A DNA stretch of 64,000 nt from contig NC_081373.1 of the NCBI RefSeq assembly GCF_030684315.1, positions 23,847,989 to 23,911,988 on the forward strand, given 5' to 3'. The notes below the pieces were generated by a model that was not told the origin of the DNA, made no database searches, and was given only the letters and a program-made list of their open reading frames with translations. Within the stretch, counting starts at the first letter, position 1, and every line of letters begins with the position of its first letter. This document shows, in pieces, positions 13,300 through 25,648 of this stretch. The DNA is from Stegostoma tigrinum (Eukaryota). The translations under genes and the position numbers were made by a program.

Positions 13300-14300
13300 T
13301 TCTTGTAAAGACAAGATTAGAAACCGAAAGCACTACAAATCTATGCAGATTTCACCGAGTTTTTCCAACTCCTACTGGAGAAAACACATGACCGCTCCGC
13401 ACTGTTATATTTACTTGCGAAAAAATGTTTCCGTCCTTTACATAGATCAACATTTTGAAAGTTTCTTTTTCCCATAGATCACCACGTCAAACGGAGAATG
13501 ATGGTCTGAGGGCTGAGTTAGAATCCGTGAGACGCAGTGGCATAATTCTGATTTTTTTTGTAAAAAAAAGAAACGTTTTGTTTATACTGCACGGATCCAA
13601 GGTTGAATTAAACACGTGGCGGGGGGAAAGGTGCAAAGTTTTACTCGTACCTTCGGCCTAAACGATTAGAGTCGGCACAAGCTCGAAGAACAGGAAGCAA
13701 ACTCCTCTACAGTTGGTTGTTTGGTGACAAATGCTACAAAATGTATCGAGACTCAGAGTTCAGGAAATGAGTGGAGCTGAAACTGAAGGCTCCAAGTGAC
13801 CAGCATCGCCCATTGGCTGCTGACTGAAGTAGCCACAGATCTGAAAATTGTACGGCCAAAATAAAAAGGCTCCGATCGCAGGATTTGATGGAGTCCCTTT
13901 CCCCTTCCCCACTCGGAGTTCCCGGACTGGACCAAGTTCCTGTGAGCTGAGAGGGTGTTTCCAGTGCGGGAATGCCTCATTGTCCCGGAACACTTACACG
14001 GCTGACAGGGAATTTCCAACTAATCACCAACAACCTACTTTCAAAAAATTCAATTCCCCTTTCCCCGCCAACAGGGAGTTAGATTTTCGACCTGTGGGGA
14101 AAATGGGGCATTTTGTTTTGTTGCAGACCGCTCAGAGCGAAGGTTTGGCAAGCAGACGATTTTCACTCAAACCTTCCGCTGCAAACTGACCCCCTCGAAG
14201 GTCCAGGACTAGGTGCCGAGGGGCGCTCTTGAAGTTTCTGGCAGCCAAAGCTCAGTAGGGACAGCCCGCCCTCTAAAGTCTTTCTTCCAAAATATGACGA
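13300..14300 (-). promoter_or_regulatory. Probable CASP7 promoter / non-coding first exon(s)
   Basis: Locally CpG-enriched unique DNA; - strand donors CGT|GTAAGT (exon end 13998) and AAG|GTACGA (exon end 13651); consensus NF-kB site GGGAATTTCC at 14008-14017. Confidence 0.45.
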
Positions 14301-14624
14301 GGGTCTGTTCAGTTATCAGAACCCTCATTGCCTCAATGTATGCAAATAGTGTTTTGCTTGAGTAAGAAATCCCTTTCAAACCGGTATGACAGGTCGGCAC
14401 AACATCGAGGGCCGAAGTGCCTGTACTATGCTGTGATGTTCTATGTTCTATGTTTAGTTTTTGCAACTTCAACGAATGTCAAATTTCAATGTTTATTTTT
14501 CCTTGATGCTCAAAAGCCGTGTAGAACTGCTTTAGTACTTATGAATATTGATCATTTTTTATGAATAAAGTGTATTTTTGCAATGAAAAACCAGCTCTGC
14601 TTCAGTAAAAGAGAAACACCAGTC

Positions 14625-17054
14625 ATGTTTGGACATCGAGCAGTTTTTCCGCTGCCTTCGCCTCTGCGCTTACTTCTCTAACCGGGAGCCTAACCCTCCC
14701 TCCACTGACCCCTTCATCCGCCTCTAACACTGTGGATGCCACCCCCAGGCCTCCGACCCTCCCTTGACCTCTTCATCTCCAACTGCCATTGAGACATCAA
14801 TCGCCTCAACCTCTCCACCCCTCTCACCCACTCCAACCTCTCCCCCGCAGGACGGGCAGCCCTCCATTCCAATCCCAGCCTCACCACAAAACCCGCGGAC
14901 AAGGGAGGCACAGTTGTAGTATGGTGCACTGACCTCCACATTGCTGAGGCCAGATCCAACTCTCCAACACCCCCTCCTACTGCTCCCTGGATCATGACCC
15001 CACCCCTGAGCACCAAACCATCCACAACCTCATCACCTCAGGAGACCTCCCACTCATAGCCTCCAACCTCATTGTTCCCCAACCCCGCACCACCTGCTTT
15101 TATCTCCTTCCCAAAATCCACAAACCCACCTGCCCTGGTTGACCCATTGTCTCTGCCTGCTCCTGCACCACCGAACTCATTTCCACATATCTGGACTCCA
15201 TTTTCTTCCCCTTGGTCCAGGAACTCCCTACCTACGTCCGTGACACCACCCACCCGCCCCCCCCCCCCCCCCACTTCCTCCAGAACTTCCAATTCCCTGG
15301 TCCCCAACACCTCATTTTCACCATGGATGTCCAGTCTCTATACAACTGCATTTCCTTGCAGATGGCCTAAAGGCCCTCTGCTACTTCCTTGTCCCGCAGG
15401 CCCAACTAGTCCCCCTCCACCGACACCCTCATCAACCGAGTTGAACTCGTCCTTACCCTCAACAGCGTCTCTTTTGATTCCTCCCACTTCCTACAGGTGA
15501 AGGGGGTGGCCATGGGTACCCGCATGGGCTCAAGCTATGCCTGCCTCTTTGTAGGTTACGTGGAACAATCCCTCTTCCGTACCTACACTGGCCCTAAACC
15601 CTGCCTCTTCCTCCATTACATCGATGACTGTATCAGCGCTGCCTTGTGTTCCCAAGAGGAGCTCGAACAATTCATCTACTTCACCAACACCTTCCATCCC
15701 AACCTCAAGTTCACCTGGACCACATCCCTCCCGTTCCTGGACCTATCTGTCTCCATCTCAGGCAACCACCTAGAAACCGATGTTCATTTCAAGCCCACCG
15801 ACTCCCACAGCTACCTAGAATACGCCTCCTCCCACCCACCTTCCTGCAAAAATCCCATCCCCTATTCCCAATTCCTTTGCCTGCACTGCATCTACTCCAA
15901 GGATGAGGCATTCCACTCCCGTACATCTCAGATGTCCTTGTTCTTCAAGGACTGCAAATTCCCCCCTGCAATGGTCGAGAACGCCCTCAACCATGTCTCT
16001 CACATTTCCCACAACTCATCCCTCACACCCCACCCCCGCAATAACCACCAAAATAGAATCCCCCTCATCCTCACATACCACCCCATCAATCTCCGGATCC
16101 AACACACCATCCTCTGACACGTCCGCCATCTACAATCCGACCCCACCACCAGACTTTTTTCCATCCCCACCCTTGTCTGCTTTCCGGAGGGATCACTCTC
16201 TCTGTGACGCCCTTGTCCGCTCCACACTTCCCTCCAATCCCACCACACCCAGCACTTTCCCCTGCAACTGCAGGAAGTGCTACACTTGCCCCCACACCTC
16301 CTCCCTGACCCCAAGAAGACTTTCCACATCAAGCAGATGTTCACTTGCACAACTGCCAATATGGTATACTGCATCCACTGTATCCATTGTGGCTTCCTCT
16401 ACATTGGGGAAACCAAGCGGAGGCTTGGGGACCGCTTTGCAGAACACCTCCGCTGGGTTCGCAATAAACAACTGCACCTCCCAGTCGTGAACCATTTCAA
16501 CTCCCCATCGCTTTCCTTAGACGACATGTCCATTATGGGCCTCCTGCAGTGCCACACCTTTGCCACCTGAAGGTTGCAGGAACAGCAACTCATATTCCGC
16601 TTGGGAACCCTGCGGCCCAATGGTATCAATGTGGATTTCACAAGCTTCAAAATTTTCACTCCTTCCACTGTATCCCAAAACCAGCCAAGCTCGTCCCCAC
16701 CTCCCTAACCTGTTCTTCCTCTCACCTATCCCCTACCACCTCAAGCCGCACCTCCATTTCCTACCTACTAACCTCATCCCGCCCCTTTGACCTGTCTGTC
16801 CTCCCCAGACTGACCTATCCCCTCCCTAACTACACTCACCTCTACAGGCTCCATACACACCCCTTGTCTGTCTCCTCTCCACCTATCTTCTCCTCTATCC
16901 ATTTTCAATCCGCCTCCCCTCTCTCCCTATTTATTTCAGAACCCTCTCCCCACCATCTTTTCTCATGAAGTGTCTAGGCCCAAAACGTCAGCTTTTGTGC
17001 TCCTAAGATGCTGCTTGGCCTGCTGTGTTCATCCAGTTCCACACTTTGTTATCT
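14625..17054 (+). mobile_element. Penelope-like retroelement, 5'-truncated and frameshifted (RT + GIY-YIG endonuclease)
   Basis: KPADKG-like motif, GVAMGTRMGSSYACLF, YIDD, LPFLDL; GIY-YIG VYCIHC..CG.LYIGETKRRLGDRFAEH; terminal repeat identical to the dispersed hairpin family. Confidence 0.92.
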
Positions 17055-17255
17055 CTACTTTATAAAGTAGATGGTCAGAAATCAAACAACACCACATTGT
17101 AGTCCAGCAGGTTTATTTGAAATCACAAAGCTTTCAAAAGGACTGCTCCTTTAATCACATCATATAAAAGGGGAGAACAGTATATTTACAGCAGGCAATC
17201 ACAGAGGGTGTCATGTGCATAATGTGTGAATTAAATAAACTTCAGAAGGTCTGGT

Positions 17256-17436
17256 CAGATAATGGGAACTGCAGATGCTGGAGAATCTGAGATAAAGTCT
17301 GGAGCTGGATGAACACAGCAGGCCCAGCAGCATCTTAGGAGCACAAAAGCTGACGTTGCAGGCCTAGGCCCGCTTTTGTTCTCCTAAGATGCTGCTAGGC
17401 CTGCTATGTTCATCCAGCTCCACACTTTGTTACCTC
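17256..17436. mobile_element. Penelope-terminal inverted-repeat (hairpin) element
   Basis: Self-complementary gctggatgaacacagcaggcc...ggcctgctatgttcatccagc; flanking direct repeat tcagaaggtctggt. Confidence 0.85.
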
Positions 17437-18099
17437 AGAAGGTCTGGTGGCATCTGTGGAGAGAGAAACAGAGTTAAGGTTTTAAGTCCCAATGTGACTT
17501 CTTCAGAAACAGGCAATATAGTTTCTAAATGCTCCAATTAGTCATAAGTTGACTCTGATTCATTGGAATATTAGGAGGTGGGTTCAAAATTTAAGAAGTC
17601 CACTGGGCACTGGGTGACTGAAGAACCAGCTATCAATGGTGGAGCACATACAAAAGAAACTGTCCATTAAAGGTTATCAGGGAGGGTGAGGTAGTAAAGG
17701 ACTTCATACAAGAATGATCATTTTATCATTTAAGTGCAAACTGAGAACTGATGTACATCGAAAGAATAGAAGCCTTATGTTCAGGATAGGAAAGAACATG
17801 CTGCTCTCTCAATTGGCTGGAGTTCGTTGAAGGTGGAAAACAATGGACTGGTCAAAAAGAATCAGGTTTGGAGACAGCAAAGTTTTGCCTCAAGACCTCA
17901 ATAGCTGAAGGCCAGATGCATAGATTTTAATTAGTCAGGGAAACTAGCATTATAGGGGGAATAAAAAAGGCATAAAAATTTGGAGTTGAGGATCACCAGA
18001 TCAACAATGATCTCATTGAACAGTTGAGCAGACTGGAGGGGCTGAAAGGCCTACTTCTTCACCTACATCTTGTGGTGAGCTCACAGCATCATCACTCTG

Positions 18100-19494
18100 T
18101 CATGGCATTTTGCTAAGTTTCTGTTGACCTTTGATTGATTGTTACTGTGCCCTATTTGGCATTGCCTAACCCTGACTGACATTTTTAGAAAATGATTAGA
18201 ACCAGCTGATTTAACCAAGTCTCACACTCATTCCAACATATTCCTTTTGCTACAGCTACAAGGCATGGCAAATATGCTCAGATCATGGCAAAATCAAAAC
18301 GGTACAATGATTTCATTGAATATACACAAAAATAGGTTTGTCACATTTTCACTGCCAGTGACTGACAAATTATCAAAACCGTATTCCATCAAAAGTAAAA
18401 AATTTGAGTAGAAATAATGGACGTGATTCCTGAAACATTTAGGCAGCTAAAATCATAAGTATTAAGTTTTCATTTGTAGATGTAAGTGGTAAATTATTCT
18501 GTGGCTTTGGATCCAGTGTACAATTAGATTAGATCACAAAACTCGTGCAAGACTTCGAAACATCAAGTTTACTTCAATCATTTAAAAAAAAAATGCACTG
18601 CATCTTGAAGAATCAGTTTTATAAATGCATGTACAAAACACATCAGCTCTGCAAACAAATTACATTTTAAAGTTTCACAACAGATTTGAGACAAATTGTG
18701 CAAAGTAATACGGAAATGAAATAGATCAAGTTTTAAAGCACAGGATGAGGCACTTCTGATATTAGCTGTGGACTATTAAATGTGAATTTCTCCCAAATAA
18801 TAATTCTCCAGCAAGGAGAGCTGAAATCTCAAATTTGGAATGAGACATTTAAAAAACTGCTTTGCCTTCTTTATTCATCACATTTCAGATTTAAGGCAGG
18901 GACTTCAAAGCATTTTGAAGCAATGTTGTAAACCTGAAAGACAAGACATGGCAAAACACTAGATTAATTTCACTCTGTTCCATTCGTGCCTTCAAAACTG
19001 ACTATTAAAAAAACTGCTTTCAGAACCCTGTTTAAGTAAGCCCTGGCCACCTGCCTCAGAATCCTGGCTATTTCACTTCAGGATGTAAAGCTTCGAAAAA
19101 CATGTTGATGTAGACCGTACTAACATTACTCACATTGGCCAGTAGAAGAGGTCTCATCCAGTGAGAAAGGTTGCTGGTGAAGACAGTGGTGTATGAAGTT
19201 ACTTGCTAAATCAAATACTTTGACTATTAAGAAATTAACTGAAAGCTTTCCAATCAGTGAGGTAATTTTCTTTTTCCACCCGCAAATCCCAATTTGATGG
19301 AACAGGCAAAGTTCAGGAACTGAAAGCTTTAGTTCATTGACAGTCATGATTGGTAAAGTTTACTTAATCTCAGGTTATTAGTACCAAAGCAGCTGTGGCA
19401 GTTTGCCACAACAGATGATTTAAAGGGTAACTACAAAGAAAAAACCAGGATAAGAATTTCAGATGACATCAAAACTGCATCTTTAATACTTCTG
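18100..19494 (-). other. Candidate 3' UTR terminal exon of the TGN46/KCT2-like gene
   Basis: Acceptor ccctttcttgacccagcag (NAGNAG) at 19491/19494 downstream of the post-stop donor at 21171; AT-rich non-repetitive DNA; - strand AATAAA at ~18870; 3' end not determined. Confidence 0.3.
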
Positions 19495-19539
19495 CTGGGT
19501 CAAGAAAGGGTAAACATACCTTCTAATTTGTTTGTGGAT

Positions 19540-20900
19540 GTGGATGTTGTTAGTTAGACTTGCATTTATTGATTATTAATTGCCATTGAAGGTGGTGAGC
19601 TATCTTCTTGTGGACACATTCACAACACTGTTAGGGATTCAGCATTACAACACCACAACAGTAAGACAGTGGTCATGTAATTCTAAGTAAGGATGTCATG
19701 ATACTTGGAGGAGAACCACAGGTGGCAGTCAAAGTATTTGCTGCCTTGATCCTTCTAGCTGGTATTCTGTACATTTACAAGGTGCTATCAGAGTGATCTG
19801 TGGCAATGTATCTTGAAGATAGATACACATCGGAGGCAACAGCCCAGTGGTATTATCGCTAGACTGTTAACCCGGAGATCCAGGTAACATTCTGGGGACC
19901 CGGGTTTGAATCCTGCCACAGCAGATTGTGGAATTTGAATTCACTAAATATCTAATGATAATTGTGATCCATGATCAATTGTTGTAAAATCCCACCTGGC
20001 TCACTAATGCCCTTTAGGGAGGGAAACTGCCATTCTCACCTGGGTGTGGCCTATGTGACTCAAGGCTTGAGGTTGACTCTCACTTGCCCTCTGGTCAATT
20101 AAGGATAGGCAATAAATGTTGCTTAGCCAGCAGTGCCCTCATCTTGCAAATGAATTAAAAAACACTTGCAAATGTGCATAGGTGAATGAAGTGAGTAAAA
20201 GGTGGTCAAGTGGCTGCCAAATCAAGCAGCTTCTTCACTCAGGATGGTGTTGAATTGATGCTATTGCTACCATCCAGGTCAGTGGAGATTATTTCATCAC
20301 ATACCCGATTGACTTCGAGATTGGGGGACAGGCTTTGGGGCGACCAAGGTGAGATATTCACCACAGAATGTACAGCCTCTGACAGGGTCTTGCAACTACA
20401 GCATTTATAAAGTTACTCCAGTTCCTTTTCTGACCAAATGGTAAAGTGCTTGATGTTGAGATTGCAGACAGTAAGCAATCATAATGACACTGAATATTAA
20501 GAGACATTTAGATTGTCTTGGTGGAGGTGGTCATTGCCAGATACTTAGCATGCTAAGCCCGAGTGTTGTCCAGCATGAACTCGGACTGTTTCAGAATCTG
20601 AGTAGCAAAGCATGGTGCTGAACATTGTACATGGGGATATTTATTGATTGCACAAACTGATGGAGGGAAGGTCATTGATGAAGCAGCTGGTAGTTGAGCC
20701 TAGGACACTACCCAGAGGATAGTACTGCAGTGCAACAGTACTGTCCTGGAATGAGATGATTAACCTTCAGCCAGTCATGTTCCTTTGTCCTATGTATAAC
20801 TCCAACTGGTGGAGAGTGCTCCCCAGCCCCCCACCCCAGTTCCAATTGAACAAGAATTTTGCTTGGGCTCCTTGATGCCATATACACAATATTGCTTTGA
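19540..20900 (-). mobile_element. Decayed LINE 3' fragment interrupted by a SINE
   Basis: Similar to the 8310-9400 element (gcatttatt..gaaggtggtgagct; gttgagcctaggacact). Confidence 0.55.
19830..20160 (+). mobile_element. tRNA-derived SINE with LINE-derived tail
   Basis: A/B-box-like head (cccagtggtattatcgctagact..gggtttgaatcc), tail ggataggcaataaatg; near-identical layout at 24415-24780. Confidence 0.75.
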
Positions 20901-21198
20901 TGTCAAACTTTTTCTCTTACTGTTGTCGAATGCCAAGCAGCATAAAACTTGTAGACAAAAAAAATCTACAGGATGTAAATCAATCCCAGACTAGCAATAT
21001 GCTTTCTAAATGCACCACTACAATACTTCAAAAAAAAAGTCCCAAGGCTCCAAACATTAGTAATAAATAAAATGAACTGCAATGCATTCATTGGGCATCA
21101 ACATTAATCATTAGATCAAAATGAAACTTTAAAACCTTGTGGAAGACAACATTTGAAAAGAAAATATATACCTGAGGTTTTATAACAAATTTTCTTTT

Positions 21199-21324
21199 TT
21201 AGTCAATGTTTTTCTTTTGCAGACTGGTGATTATATCACTTAAATTCTGATCAAGCTGCTGATATTCAGATACGTTTGGACGTTTAGTTCTTCTGGGCCC
21301 ATTTTTCTGGCACAATCCACTGAT
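21199..21324 (-). CDS. TGN46/KCT2-family membrane protein, cytoplasmic-tail exon (ISGLCQKNGPRRTKRPNVSEYQQLDQNLSDIITSLQKKNID*)
   Basis: Acceptor ctttatttccag, phase 0, in frame with the upstream TM exon; RRTKRPNVSEYQQLDQN resembles TGOLN2 RRPKASDYQRLDQK and C5orf15 VEYHRLDQNV; stop TAA 21199-21201; donor CAG|GTATAT at 21171. Confidence 0.85.
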   Translation of the reverse strand: MSGLCQKNGPRRTKRPNVSEYQQLDQNLSDIITSLQKKNID

Positions 21325-21542
21325 CTGGAAATAAAGCGTGTACATGATTCCTTTTAAAACTCAGTCTGTTGCCAATGTTGAAATAGCGTGCCTATCACAC
21401 AATTTAAAGAGAGCAGCTTTTAAAATCTGAAAAAAAACTATCACAAGGACAGTTCACCAGGTGCACACTGGCTATATCCTGTCAACATTTTTAAACCTCT
21501 TTGGATTTTAGTGGAGTAAGATTGGGGTTTGGTTGGCAGCAG

Positions 21543-21568
21543 CGGGGTGGGGGGGGGGGGGGGGGGGG
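21543..21568 (+). repeat. Poly-G tract
   Basis: ggggtgg followed by a run of about 20 G. Confidence 0.9.
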
Positions 21569-23019
21569 TGTTCGGTTTCGTGGTGGTGGTTGTGTAAATC
21601 CATTGTTGCAGCTGATGGTAATTTCCCTGACAGGCTTGTTAAAGATACCCTCTCTATCTCAAGCAACATGAGATTAAATACTTAGTGAGTAACTTTGCAT
21701 CAAGAATTCATAGCAGGGCATTCAGGATTGTACTCTAGAATAAAAAAAGTGTTGTGGATCCTGGGGATCAGGCTATTTTGTATCCAGTAATGTGTAATGA
21801 GCTAGGTTTAATAAATTAATCTTAGGAAACCTGCTTGTGGTCATTGTTCCCAAGGGTAACAATTTAGCATTCACTGAATGAGAAACATGGATTGGAAACA
21901 TCTAGGATAAATGTAAAGGAGGACAGTTACATAAGGATGATGACAGAGTTGGCAGGAGTGAATTGGGAAGAGAGGTTAGCAGAAATGACAGTTGATGAAT
22001 ACTGGCAAATGTTTTTAAAAAAGGTTCCTGATCAGAGATATATCCTGAAGAAGAACGATTCTAGGATGGGGATAAATTGACCAATTTTGTAAAATCAGGG
22101 TCAAGAACAATACAAAACTGAAAGTAAAACAAACAACATGGCAAAGATTAGTGGTAAATCAGAAATACGCAAGTTGTAAAAGCCAAAAGATAATTAAAAC
22201 TAGTAAATTTTGGGGTGAGCAAGTAACAGATGGTAAGAGCTTCTTATAATACATGAAAAACACAACATTAAACATGGGCCCCTTAGAGAATGAAGCCAGA
22301 GAAATAAGGCAGAGTCACAAAACAGTAGAGTAGCTGAACAAATATTTGACCAATGGGAGATACTAATGGCATTCCATACTAAATAATCAAATGGCTAAAG
22401 GGACAAGAGGGGAAAAGAGGAAATAAGCAATAACTGCCATAAGAGAAAAATAGTCACTAGGGCAACAAACGGGGCTTAAGGCTATTAAAACTGCAAGACC
22501 TGATGGGATACATCCTAGGATATTGAAGGAAATAGCTAGAGATAGTGGATCCACTGGTTGCCATCTTCCAAGAATCATTAGGATGCTGGGAAAAATTTCC
22601 CGAGGATTGCACACTTAATGTGATAACCATATTTAAAAACAGAGGGACAATTCAGGAGGCTACAGGCCAGGTTTTAAACTAATTGTCATTAGGAAAATAT
22701 TCATCTATTATAAAGGGTATAATAGCAGATCTTATAGAAACAATGTAATCCATGACAGCATGGCTTCATGAAAGAGAAATTATGACTGATAACTGTATTA
22801 GAGATCTTAGACGTAACAGGCTGGGTAAATAAAGAGGAGCCAGTAGATGTAGAAAGTTGGGTATTCAATAAGGTACCACAAAAGGCTACTTACAACGTCC
22901 TTGGCGCTGAAGGTTATATATTAACATCAAGAGGTCTGGCTAACAAATAGAAGACTGCATTGGGTTAGGAGAACATTTTCAAGATGGTGATCTAACTGGG
23001 AGAAGTGCCAGAAGGACCA

Positions 23020-23785
23020 CTTCGATAACTTGGGAGTGTCCTATCAGTCAAAGCAGTTATTGAAGAAGAGATCCAGCATTACTTCCAGCATGCTGGGGCA
23101 GGCTTCAGCCACCAGAGAAAAAGGCTGTTCAAAGGCACTACCATCAGATTTGACACAAAGCTCATGGTTTACAGAGCTGTGGTAGTTCCTATCTTCCTAT
23201 ATGGCTCGGAGATGTGGACTGTCTATTGCACATACCTCAAGACACTGGAGCAGTACCAATGCTGCCTGCGCACAATTTTGTGTGTTCACTGGGAAAACAG
23301 ACACACCAATGCCAACGACCCTGACCAGGTCAACATTCCCAGTACTGAGGCACTAACCACCCTTAATCAGCTGCAATGGGCTGGGCATGTCGTCTGAATG
23401 ACCGACACGAGAATCCCTAAGCAAGTGCTCTACTCCCAGTTTCGAAACGACAGGTGAACCCCAGGCGGACAGAGGAAATGCTTAAGGAATACTTGGAAAA
23501 AGGTCTCACTGGGGAAGTACAGAATGTCCCGCTGACACCAAGGAAGCACTAGTCCAAGACCATCCAAAATGGAGGAGCAGCATCTGGGAAGGTGTCGAGC
23601 ACCTCAAGGCTTGCTATCAAGACAAAGCGGAAGCCTTCTAAAAATAGCATAAGAAGCACGTTGCCACACCAAAGCTCCTCTCCCCCTTTCTCTTACCCAT
23701 CTTCTGCCCCAAGCATGGCAGCATGTACAGCCACCCTGAAAGTGGAAGATTTCGCTAGTCTATGAGGGACTGCCAATGAGGATGA
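23020..23785 (+). mobile_element. RTE-clade LINE 3' fragment
   Basis: VYRAVVVPIFLYGSEMWTVY...LRTIL.VHW...QLQWAGHV is the typical RTE ORF C-terminal motif set. Confidence 0.75.
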
Positions 23786-24414
23786 TAAGTGCTGGGGCAC
23801 AAGTATTTACAATATGCATGAATGACATGGATGTGGAAAGTGAATATACTATAGTGAAGTTCACAAATGACAAATGTGGTGAGGATGACCAAGCCTTGAG
23901 AGGGATATAGACAAATTACATGAATAGAATGAAATTTTATTCAGAATATGTTGGAAAATGGGAGGTTATACATGTTGGCAGGAAGAGTAAGGAGGAGCTA
24001 AATATTGAAATGGAAAAAAATTCCAGAAAGCTGCAACACAGATTAGGGGCTGCTAGTGCATGAATTGCAAAACAAAAACGCTAGCATCCAAGTTTATAAT
24101 GTTTCTTCTATTTCAAAGAGAATGGAGTATAAAAAAAATCTTGCTAAAAAAACTGTATAAAGTACTACTCAGATCATAGCTAGAATAACTGAACAGTTTT
24201 GGGCTCTTTATTAATTAAAGATATACTGGAATCAGAGGCAGTTCAGAGAAGGTTCAGTAGGCTGATACCAGGTCCAAGGGCTGGCTAAAGAGAGGTTGAG
24301 CAGGTTGAGCTTATACACTTTGGAATATACAGGATTCTTGGGGAACTTGACAGAGTAAACACTAAGATGTTTCCCTTGTAGTAGAGTCTAGGAGAGGAGG
24401 ACATAATCTCAGCA

Positions 24415-24780
24415 TAGGGGAGTGATGGTCAAGTGATATTATCGCTGGACTGTTAGTCCAGAGACCTGGATAACTTTCAGGGGACCCCGGTCTGAATCCC
24501 ACCACAGCAGATGGTGGAATTTGAAGTCAACAAAAATATCTGGAATTAAGAGTCTAATGATGATCATGAATCCATTGCCAATTATCCAGAAAGCCCATCT
24601 GGTTCACTACAGTCCTTTAATGAAGGAGACTGTTGTCCTCATCTGGTCTGACTCCAGACATGTGACTCCAGACCCACAATAATGTCGTTGACTCAATTGC
24701 CCTCTGAGCAATTAGGGATGGGCAATGAATGCTGCCTGGTCAGCGATGCCCTCAACCCGTGAGCGAATAAAGGAGGAAAA
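24415..24780 (+). mobile_element. tRNA-derived SINE (same family as 19830-20160)
   Basis: Collinear with the 19830-20160 copy. Confidence 0.75.
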
Positions 24781-24859
24781 AAAGTCACCTATTTAATACA
24801 AGATGAGGAGGAATATTTTCTAAGGGTAGCGAATCTGTGGACTTCTTTACAAGTACGGG

Positions 24860-25535
24860 TCATCCTGCTTTAGGGAGGATATTATTCATTGGAGAGGGCT
24901 CCGAAAACATTTACCAGGAATGAGGAGGATTTGAGTTATAAAGGAGAGGCTGCAAAGGCAGCGACTTTTTTCCACTGGAGTATAGGAGGTTGAGGGAGTG
25001 ACCTTATGGAGGTTTATAAAATCATCAGGGTATGGATAAGGTGAACAGCAAAGGACTTTTCCCTGGGGGAGGGGAGCTCAAAACCAAGCAGCATATTTTT
25101 CTGAGATAATGGGAACTGCAGATGCTGGAGAATCCAAAGACAACGAAGTGTGAAGCTGGGCACTCTCTGATGAAGGGTCTAGGCACAAAACGTCAGCTTT
25201 TGTGCTCCTGGGATGCTGCTTGTCCTGCTGAATTCGTCCAGCTTCACACTTTGTTGTCCAGCATATTTTCCAGGTGAGGAGAGAAAGATTTATAAAGGGG
25301 ACCTGAGGAGCAACGTTTTCCACATACAGAGTGGTTCTTATGTGGCGTAAACTGCCAGAGGAAGTGGTGGATGCAGGTAGCTACTATCCAAAAGACATTC
25401 TGCTAAGTAGATGAATAAGAAAGGTCGAGAGGAACATGGGTAAATACAGGCAAGCGAGACTAGTTTTGTTTGGGAAACTTGGTTGGCATGGACGGATTGG
25501 AGCAAAGGGTCTGTTTCTGTGCTATGACTCTCTAA
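24860..25535 (+). mobile_element. CR1 LINE 3' fragment containing a Penelope-terminal hairpin (~25102-25258)
   Basis: gaggttgagggagtgaccttatggaggtttataaaatc (RLRGDL.EVYKI-like); hairpin flanked by the direct repeat cagcatatttt. Confidence 0.75.
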
Positions 25536-25648
25536 CTCTACAGCATAATTGGCATTAGGATCTGCAAAAAAAACCTAGACGTAATGCAGCAAACTTTATA
25601 TCTCAAAACTAAAATTTGACAGTCACAAATATAAAATGCCAAGCTTAC

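Larger units (their letters stand above)
21760..24850 (+). mobile_element. Old CR1 LINE, heavily decayed, interrupted by RTE and SINE insertions
   Basis: Remnant CR1 motifs (ELAGVNWEERL, QHGF-like cagcatggcttcatg, gttcagagaaggttc). Confidence 0.65.

Noticed and set aside
14625-17054. Active autonomous Penelope element
   Set aside because: 5'-truncated with several frameshifts and stops between the RT and GIY-YIG regions
25538-25648. C-terminal 36 aa of the 216-aa ORF (VSLAFYICDC...)
   Set aside because: Intronic read-through past the GTAAGC donor; the family-like tail is in exon 21324-21199
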